Source: a virus (Duplodnaviria > Caudoviricetes). Taken from it: a DNA stretch of 64,000 bases. Position numbers and translations under genes: made by a program. The DNA lies in IMG/VR virus record IMGVR_UViG_2634166501_000001, positions 964-64,963 of that record; one strand, written 5' to 3'. Positions 58,585 through 64,000 of the stretch are shown here, piece by piece. Under the pieces are notes generated by a model. It was not told the DNA's origin. It saw nothing but the letters and a program-made list of their open reading frames with translations, and made no database searches. Numbering within the stretch: position 1 is the first letter of the stretch; each line of letters opens with the position of its first letter.

Positions 58585-59241
58585 ATGAACCACTACGCAC
58601 AAAAGCTGCTAGAAACACAGCAGCAACCGAGCCATAAACTGAAAGAAATCGGCGACCAATGGCAGACTCCAAAAGCCATTGCTTGGGGGCTATTTAGCAC
58701 CTTCAACGCTCGTCTTGGCTCCATCGTCATCGATATATTTGCCGATGATTGCAATACCCTACTTCCAAGCTACTACACCGCTGCCGACAACGCCTTAACC
58801 AAAAACCTAGCGGCAGACCTACGTAAGATCGGTGGCAGTGCAGCTTATGGCAACCCGCCATATTCAAGAGCCAGTTTTGATGACGAGAATAACGCCATCA
58901 CAGGCATGGAGCACATCATTGAATGGTGTCGAAATCAGCGTAATGAAGGCGCAAAAATCCTCTTGCTCATCAAAGCGGCCACCTCTGAAACATGGTGGCC
59001 AGAGGATGCAGATTTCATCCAGTTCATCAAAGGCCGCGTTGGCTTTGAAGCACCCGACTGGTTTGTACCTGCCACGCCCAAAGACAAGCCAAGCTCTGCA
59101 GGCTTCCCTTCCGCAGTCGTCATCTTCGATAAATCGTGGGCATGGGAACGCCGACCAACTGAGCGCTTAAATCGAGATGACCTTATCGCCCAAGGTAACG
59201 TCATTTTAAACATGATGGCAAAGCAGAAGGAGGCAGCATGA
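58585..59241 (+). CDS. Phage N6-adenine DNA methyltransferase (Dam family)
   Basis: DQWQTP, GNPPYS, AATSETWWP, GRVGF. Confidence 0.92.
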   Translation: MNHYAQKLLETQQQPSHKLKEIGDQWQTPKAIAWGLFSTFNARLGSIVIDIFADDCNTLLPSYYTAADNALTKNLAADLRKIGGSAAYGNPPYSRASFDDENNAITGMEHIIEWCRNQRNEGAKILLLIKAATSETWWPEDADFIQFIKGRVGFEAPDWFVPATPKDKPSSAGFPSAVVIFDKSWAWERRPTERLNRDDLIAQGNVILNMMAKQKEAA

Positions 59242-59420
59242 AGATACGAATGCTTCCAAAAAGCAAAGCCGCCGATGCTGCAGAAATTAGCTTTAAGCGA
59301 AATCTAATTTTCGAACACAACGGCAAAGCTTACTTCGTCAAATCACTTAGCAAAATCGGCACTGGGCCAGATTCAAGGTTAGTCGCTGAGTTAGAGCCTG
59401 CCTTCAACCCCATTCATTGA
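59238..59420 (+). CDS. Small hypothetical protein
   Basis: ATGA overlap, RBS GGAGG. Confidence 0.55.
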   Translation: MKIRMLPKSKAADAAEISFKRNLIFEHNGKAYFVKSLSKIGTGPDSRLVAELEPAFNPIH

Positions 59421-59427
59421 GGTACCC

Positions 59428-59652
59428 ATGGGAAACATTGTAAAACTTACCGATATTGGCGAGAACGAAACGCTGATTGATTATGCGGTTCGCAAAGAAG
59501 AAGAATGCAACGAGCACCGTATTACCATTGCGAGCCTACGTGATTGGATCCACCAAATCGCCGTTAACTCAGGTAACGAACAATTCATCATTGACGCGAC
59601 AGGAGCTGCACTCTCAGGAGAAGAGTGCAACCAGCAAACTGAGTTTAACTAA
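59428..59652 (+). CDS. Small hypothetical protein
   Basis: RBS GAGG. Confidence 0.55.
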   Translation: MGNIVKLTDIGENETLIDYAVRKEEECNEHRITIASLRDWIHQIAVNSGNEQFIIDATGAALSGEECNQQTEFN

Positions 59653-59690
59653 CCCAGCTTAAAAGGCATAAAACAAAGCAAGGGGTCCGA

Positions 59691-60146
59691 ATGAATACAC
59701 TTAACATTCCAACCACCAAAGGCCGTGCAGATGTTCCGGCCTTTTTTGTTGATGGCGTTAGCGCATTAGCAATCACTATGACGAACTTTGGTCTTTTTGA
59801 AGTTACGCACATCAAATCTGGGCACAAGATCATCGGTGGTTTTGAGCGCTTTGCCAATGCAGTTGTTGAAATGCTCTCACTACACCTAGCGATGCACGAA
59901 GCGGGGATCGACTTTGACGCTGAGCACGACGAGTTCAAGCGCCAAGTTAAAGAGTCGTCAATCAAAAGTGAGCACATTTCTGGGCTAACTCTGGTCGAGC
60001 ATCTTCAAATCATGCGCCCAATCATGGGCTTTTCTGGAGAATTCCCGTGGGAAGGCGAGGAAGAAAGCCCGCACACAAAAGCTTCTCGGCTCATTGCAAA
60101 AATTAATGAGCTTAATGGTGTTAAGCGGGTTAATGAGCAAGCATAA
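59691..60146 (+). CDS. Hypothetical protein
   Basis: 151-aa ORF in the early operon. Confidence 0.6.
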   Translation: MNTLNIPTTKGRADVPAFFVDGVSALAITMTNFGLFEVTHIKSGHKIIGGFERFANAVVEMLSLHLAMHEAGIDFDAEHDEFKRQVKESSIKSEHISGLTLVEHLQIMRPIMGFSGEFPWEGEEESPHTKASRLIAKINELNGVKRVNEQA

Positions 60147-60258
60147 GCAACACCGACGCCCAAGCAGAGATCAATTTAAGCGCATGCCAAAAATAGGCAA
60201 AGACAGTGACGGAATGATCGTCGTTCGATGCAACAACTTCGACAGAGTGTGAACGCCA

Positions 60259-60957
60259 ATGAGCAAGAAAAGACAATTAATCTGGAGTAAATCCGGAGGA
60301 AAGTGCTGGTACTGCGGATGCGATCTACCACAAAAAGGATGGCACGCCGATCACTATTATCCGATAGTAAGAAAGCTTGAAGAGAACAAGAACAAGCACG
60401 GTATGGTTATTGGGTATAAAACTGGTAAAGAGTGTTTATACCCAGAGTTGGACTGTGTAGAAAACCTAGTTCCTGCATGTGCTCCATGCAACAGCTTTAA
60501 ATCATCACTACCACCAGAGGCTTATCGCTCTCTAATTCAAGATCAATTTGTAAATACCATTAAGTACTCTACAGGACTAAGACAGTTAAATCGGCTTGGT
60601 CTAGCTGACTTATCTCCTAAGCCAGTTGTTTTTTGGTTTGAAAAGCAAGGCATTGCAATGCCAGCTCAATGGGATTTGATGGGGATATCTGATGAAGCAT
60701 TATCCATCGAATGGTGCATAGACAAATCAGAGCCAGACTATTACCACCAGTGGATTCGCGGGAGGATGATAACACTACGCCGTATTAGCAATTACTGGCT
60801 AATTATCGCAATAGAAACTAGTTGGGACTCGTCAAATAGAACAGAAATACCAAACGTTTCTGTTGATAAAGCCAAAGCTCAGGCTGCTGAGTGGGCAATT
60901 AGACTGGATAACCAGTTGAAAGAGCAAGAAAGAGAGGCCAAATCAAATGCCAGTTAA
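60259..60957 (+). CDS. HNH endonuclease-domain protein
   Basis: CWYCG...DH...NLVPACAPCN. Confidence 0.88.
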   Translation: MSKKRQLIWSKSGGKCWYCGCDLPQKGWHADHYYPIVRKLEENKNKHGMVIGYKTGKECLYPELDCVENLVPACAPCNSFKSSLPPEAYRSLIQDQFVNTIKYSTGLRQLNRLGLADLSPKPVVFWFEKQGIAMPAQWDLMGISDEALSIEWCIDKSEPDYYHQWIRGRMITLRRISNYWLIIAIETSWDSSNRTEIPNVSVDKAKAQAAEWAIRLDNQLKEQEREAKSNAS

Positions 60958-61126
60958 CACTAAAACCCCATTTTCATCACCTAAGCCATTTTTACCCGTG
61001 ATCAGCTTTAAAGAAGAAAACCCATACCCTCAAGCGAAGAAAGTTCGCCAGGCGGACAGAATCGCAGCTTACGCAAAATCAACGGAGTTGGTTGGCAGCT
61101 TCCTAGAAGGGCTGAAGCACTCTTAA
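60947..61126 (+). CDS. 59-aa hypothetical protein (not in the ORF track)
   Basis: RBS GAGG; MPVNTKTPFSSPKPFLP...EGLKHS. Confidence 0.4.
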   Translation: MPVNTKTPFSSPKPFLPVISFKEENPYPQAKKVRQADRIAAYAKSTELVGSFLEGLKHS

Positions 61127-61138
61127 GCCCTTAACCTA

Positions 61139-61413
61139 TTGACAAAGCGCCTAGTTCGGGACTAACCTTTACGGGCACTGGCAAAATCCAGTGTCGGGAT
61201 TGGTCTCCCGCAATTTTCCAAGGCGCATAGTTGCCAGCTTCTCGCTGGTTTTTTTATGCGCGCGATTCAGCACACCCAAATTATGGTGGGCTGGGTGGGA
61301 GCGCCTCGGCGCGCCGTCCCTTGGAGCGGTAAGACCAATCTCACTCAGTTCACCACCCAATGGTTGGTCTCATTGACGTGGTGATTTACTCATTGCGTTC
61401 CAAGGAGGCTTCT
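61139..61413 (+). promoter_or_regulatory. C4-type antisense control cassette E
   Basis: Same promoter and hairpin; b1/b2 TTGGTCT (61200, 61364), a1/a2 TCCAAGG (61217, 61399). Confidence 0.85.
61284..61356 (+). ncRNA. C4-like antisense RNA E
   Basis: a' CCTTGGA (61319), b' AGACCAAT (61332). Confidence 0.85.
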
Positions 61414-62013
61414 ATGCCTAATCAAATCAAAGTCCCTTTTCACGGCTCAAATCTTTTTATTGTCGATCGCAACGGTGAGCCATATACACCGATGAAACCT
61501 ATTGTTGAAGGAATGGGACTGGCTTGGCAAAGTCAGCACAAAAAGCTAACAAGTAATTCAGAACGATGGGGTATCACCATGATGGTGATACCATCTGTAG
61601 ATCCACACAACTCAGTAACTTGCATCCCTCTTCGTAAACTCTTCGGCTGGCTCCAAACACTTCAACCTAACCGCATTCGTGAAGATATCCGCGACAAAGT
61701 GATTCAGTACCAAAACGAATGTGATGATGTGTTGTGGAAATACTGGACTGATGCGCAAGTTATTCAAACGCCGGAACCACCGCTCCCAGTACCTTCCATG
61801 ACGCGGATCATGCTAGTTATTGAAAACGGCCAAACCGTGGAAGCCAAACATATCCCAAATGATGCCTTCGTTGTCAGCAAAAGTAGAATCGCAAACCTCA
61901 TAGCAGAACCGGGCATTTTCACGATGCAGGAAATGGCGCAAATATCAGAGGCGGTGAACAAACAAATCGTCGATATTGCTTTAACCGCTGGCAAGGCCAT
62001 AGCTAAACACTAA
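61414..62013 (+). CDS. P22 Ant N-terminal-type antirepressor with shared C-terminal domain
   Basis: VPFHG...PMKPIVEGMGLAWQSQ...YQNECDDVLWKYW. Confidence 0.9.
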   Translation: MPNQIKVPFHGSNLFIVDRNGEPYTPMKPIVEGMGLAWQSQHKKLTSNSERWGITMMVIPSVDPHNSVTCIPLRKLFGWLQTLQPNRIREDIRDKVIQYQNECDDVLWKYWTDAQVIQTPEPPLPVPSMTRIMLVIENGQTVEAKHIPNDAFVVSKSRIANLIAEPGIFTMQEMAQISEAVNKQIVDIALTAGKAIAKH

Positions 62014-62121
62014 TCCAGTAAGGCCACTTGTGTGGCTTTTCTTTTGGGCAAATCACAGGGCTAGCCCCTCTGCTAAAAGATCAAACGCGCTACATTGCAA
62101 CAAACACAGGGAGTAATCTCA

Positions 62122-62490
62122 ATGCAATGTAGCCGCTGCGACCAACCCGCCATTGTTTCCAAACCAAAGCCTCTTTGCGAAAGCTGCGCACTAGACACGG
62201 CTTTGGGCCTGCTCGCCGCTTCTAGACTCAGCGAGCAATCCATTCAAGCACTCATTCAATCTGGCTTTGACATGCCTGTCATAACCGAGCGTCACTATTC
62301 CGCGACCGATCTTGCCAAGGAGTTTGGCATATCGGCGCAGAAGATAGGCAAGTTGGCGAATGCGAACAACCTAAAGCAAGCGCCATTCGGTCAATGGCGG
62401 TTAACCAAAGCCGCTAACAACCCCAAACAGATCGAATCCTTCTTTTATAACGAAGAAGGACGAGACCAAATCAAGCAATTATTAAGGTAA
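62122..62490 (+). CDS. Zn-finger plus HTH protein resembling antirepressor C-termini
   Basis: CSRC...LCESC; YSATDLAKEFGISAQKIGKLANANNLK. Confidence 0.6.
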   Translation: MQCSRCDQPAIVSKPKPLCESCALDTALGLLAASRLSEQSIQALIQSGFDMPVITERHYSATDLAKEFGISAQKIGKLANANNLKQAPFGQWRLTKAANNPKQIESFFYNEEGRDQIKQLLR

Positions 62491-62495
62491 CGACC

Positions 62496-62741
62496 ATGCC
62501 ACAAAAAGAAACCACTAATGTAGAACCTATTTTCATTGCACCAAATGAATGGGTTGAAGATACCCTACTTTCAAAAATAACCGGAATGACTGAAGGGCAA
62601 ATTAAAAATTATCGTCAGTATCGTTGGGTTGAAGGCATACACTATAAACGAGCTTCTTCATGCAATTCGAGTAGAGGTAGTACTTATAAATACAACCGTA
62701 TCGCAATTGATCAATTTTCTTCACAAGAGAAGGTGGCATGA
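62496..62741 (+). CDS. xis: Excisionase
   Basis: PNEWVED.LL..ITG...WVEGIHY...YN..AID; overlaps int. Confidence 0.8.
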   Translation: MPQKETTNVEPIFIAPNEWVEDTLLSKITGMTEGQIKNYRQYRWVEGIHYKRASSCNSSRGSTYKYNRIAIDQFSSQEKVA

Positions 62742-64000
62742 TGAAGCTTCCAGAAGGCGTTGAAGTACGCGGGAACTCGATTCGTATCCGCTTTACATAT
62801 AAAGAAATCCGATGTGGTGAAACGCTGAAGGGTTGGGAAGTTACTAAGAGTAACATTAAAAAAGCTGGGCAATTGCGAGCCGTTATTCTATCGGAAATCA
62901 ATGACGGCACATTTAATTACATTCGCAGATTTCCAAACTCAAAAAAAGCAAAAGAACTGTCCTCCCCTAGCACCCTAGGATCAGAAATGACCGTACAGCA
63001 GCTACTAGATACATATTACGAGTTCAAAGTAAAAAAACTTTCATCCCAGACTCAATACGTAATGAAAGGGACCATTGAACGCTGTCAAATGTTACTAGAA
63101 AATATAAAAGTAAAGGATTTCAACCATCTACATGCTTTGGAGTTTCAGAAATTCCTAGTCGAGAAACCTACTATTCGTGGTAAAGCACGAAGCCCGAAGA
63201 CAACAAACAACCACACTAAGCTTATGCGAAGAGCATTCGATTTAGCCGTCAAATCTAAATTTATTGACTCCAATCCATTCGCAGATCTTCAACTTGTTAG
63301 AAACAAGCCATCTGAACCTGACCCGTTAGAGCGAGATGAGTTTGAAAAATTACTTAAAGCAACACCTAATGAACGATGGGCAAACATGTTTACCGTCGCA
63401 GTTTATACTGGTCTACGAACCGGGGAACTATGTGCCTTAGCGTGGGAGGACATTGATCTAGAAAAAGGCATCATCAACGTCAGGCGCAACATTGGTGTGA
63501 AAAGAGTATTTACAACTCCCAAAACTCACCGTTCGACTAGGACTGTACATTTGCTAAAACCAGCCTTAGAGGCTCTACGTTCACAGATGAAATATACCTA
63601 CTCGCTTACTGCGAAAGATATTGAAGTTGAGGTAAAGAATACCAGTGAAGTTCGTCGCGAATCTGTTAGATTTGTATTTGTTCCTATGAATTGTTTGCAG
63701 AAGACCGAACTAACCTACAAGACAACCACCTACAATCGTTTGTGGACTCGCAGGTTGAAGGCGGCGGGCATTCGCCACAGATGCTCCTACCAATCACGCC
63801 ACACCTACGCATGTTGGTTGATAAGCAACAATGCAAACCTATCATTTATAGCAGAGCAAATGGGTCACGTAGGGACGTCTATGCTAGAAAGAGTATATGG
63901 CCGATTTATGAAGTCACATGCTAGCAATCAAATAGACATTTTGAATAAAGTAATTTCCAATTGGCCCACCAGTGCCCCATCAGAAAATCCTATCGAATAG
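62738..64000 (+). CDS. int: Tyrosine integrase
   Basis: Arm-binding N-terminus GVEVRGNSIRIRF; TGLRTGEL, YQSRHTYA, QMGH...VYG. Confidence 0.95.
   Translation: MMKLPEGVEVRGNSIRIRFTYKEIRCGETLKGWEVTKSNIKKAGQLRAVILSEINDGTFNYIRRFPNSKKAKELSSPSTLGSEMTVQQLLDTYYEFKVKKLSSQTQYVMKGTIERCQMLLENIKVKDFNHLHALEFQKFLVEKPTIRGKARSPKTTNNHTKLMRRAFDLAVKSKFIDSNPFADLQLVRNKPSEPDPLERDEFEKLLKATPNERWANMFTVAVYTGLRTGELCALAWEDIDLEKGIINVRRNIGVKRVFTTPKTHRSTRTVHLLKPALEALRSQMKYTYSLTAKDIEVEVKNTSEVRRESVRFVFVPMNCLQKTELTYKTTTYNRLWTRRLKAAGIRHRCSYQSRHTYACWLISNNANLSFIAEQMGHVGTSMLERVYGRFMKSHASNQIDILNKVISNWPTSAPSENPIE
63962..63980. repeat. Putative integrase arm-type sites (right arm)
   Basis: TGGCCCA and TGCCCCAT at 11-bp spacing, matching 57-108. 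Confidence 0.55.

Larger units (their letters stand above)
1..64000. mobile_element. Temperate phage/prophage, near-complete (lambdoid control region, podovirus-type morphogenesis genes)
   Basis: Integrase/xis, cI/cro, replication, Q, lysis, terminase, portal, capsid, tail and ejection genes in coherent order; related short repeats at both ends; no host housekeeping gene seen. Confidence 0.95.

Noticed and set aside
892-62013. Diversity-generating retroelement or shufflon explanation for the repeated C-terminal block
   Set aside because: No reverse transcriptase or dedicated invertase in the window; differences look mostly synonymous rather than adenine-specific

Overview
The window is essentially one temperate phage (prophage) genome of about 64 kb; a Vibrio-like host is inferred, not proven. 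It runs from integrase arm-type repeats at the left edge to a tyrosine integrase whose stop codon is the last base. The minus strand (about 2.7-45.6 kb) carries replication/nin-like genes, a Q-like antiterminator, a lysis cassette, terminase, portal, an N4-gp56-type major capsid protein, short-tail/tail-fibre genes and ejection proteins including a 1.9-kaa polyvalent protein. A lambdoid cI/cro switch lies at 45.4-46.4 kb. The plus-strand early arm carries Bet/YqaJ recombination genes, a Dam methylase, an HNH nuclease, xis and int. Accessory cargo includes three toxin-antitoxin pairs, a PKD-repeat lipoprotein, a Gp49/Acb4-like protein, and a helicase plus small-protein operon in the lambda rexAB position. 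The most striking feature is five dispersed antirepressor-like genes with three different N-terminal DNA-binding domains but one near-identical C-terminal domain. Four of them sit behind C4-type antisense-RNA cassettes, each with its own a/b recognition code; the fifth is under a P22-like arc/mnt/sar module; a fifth C4-type cassette controls only a 22-codon stub. All family assignments are by eye from motifs; no database search was run.
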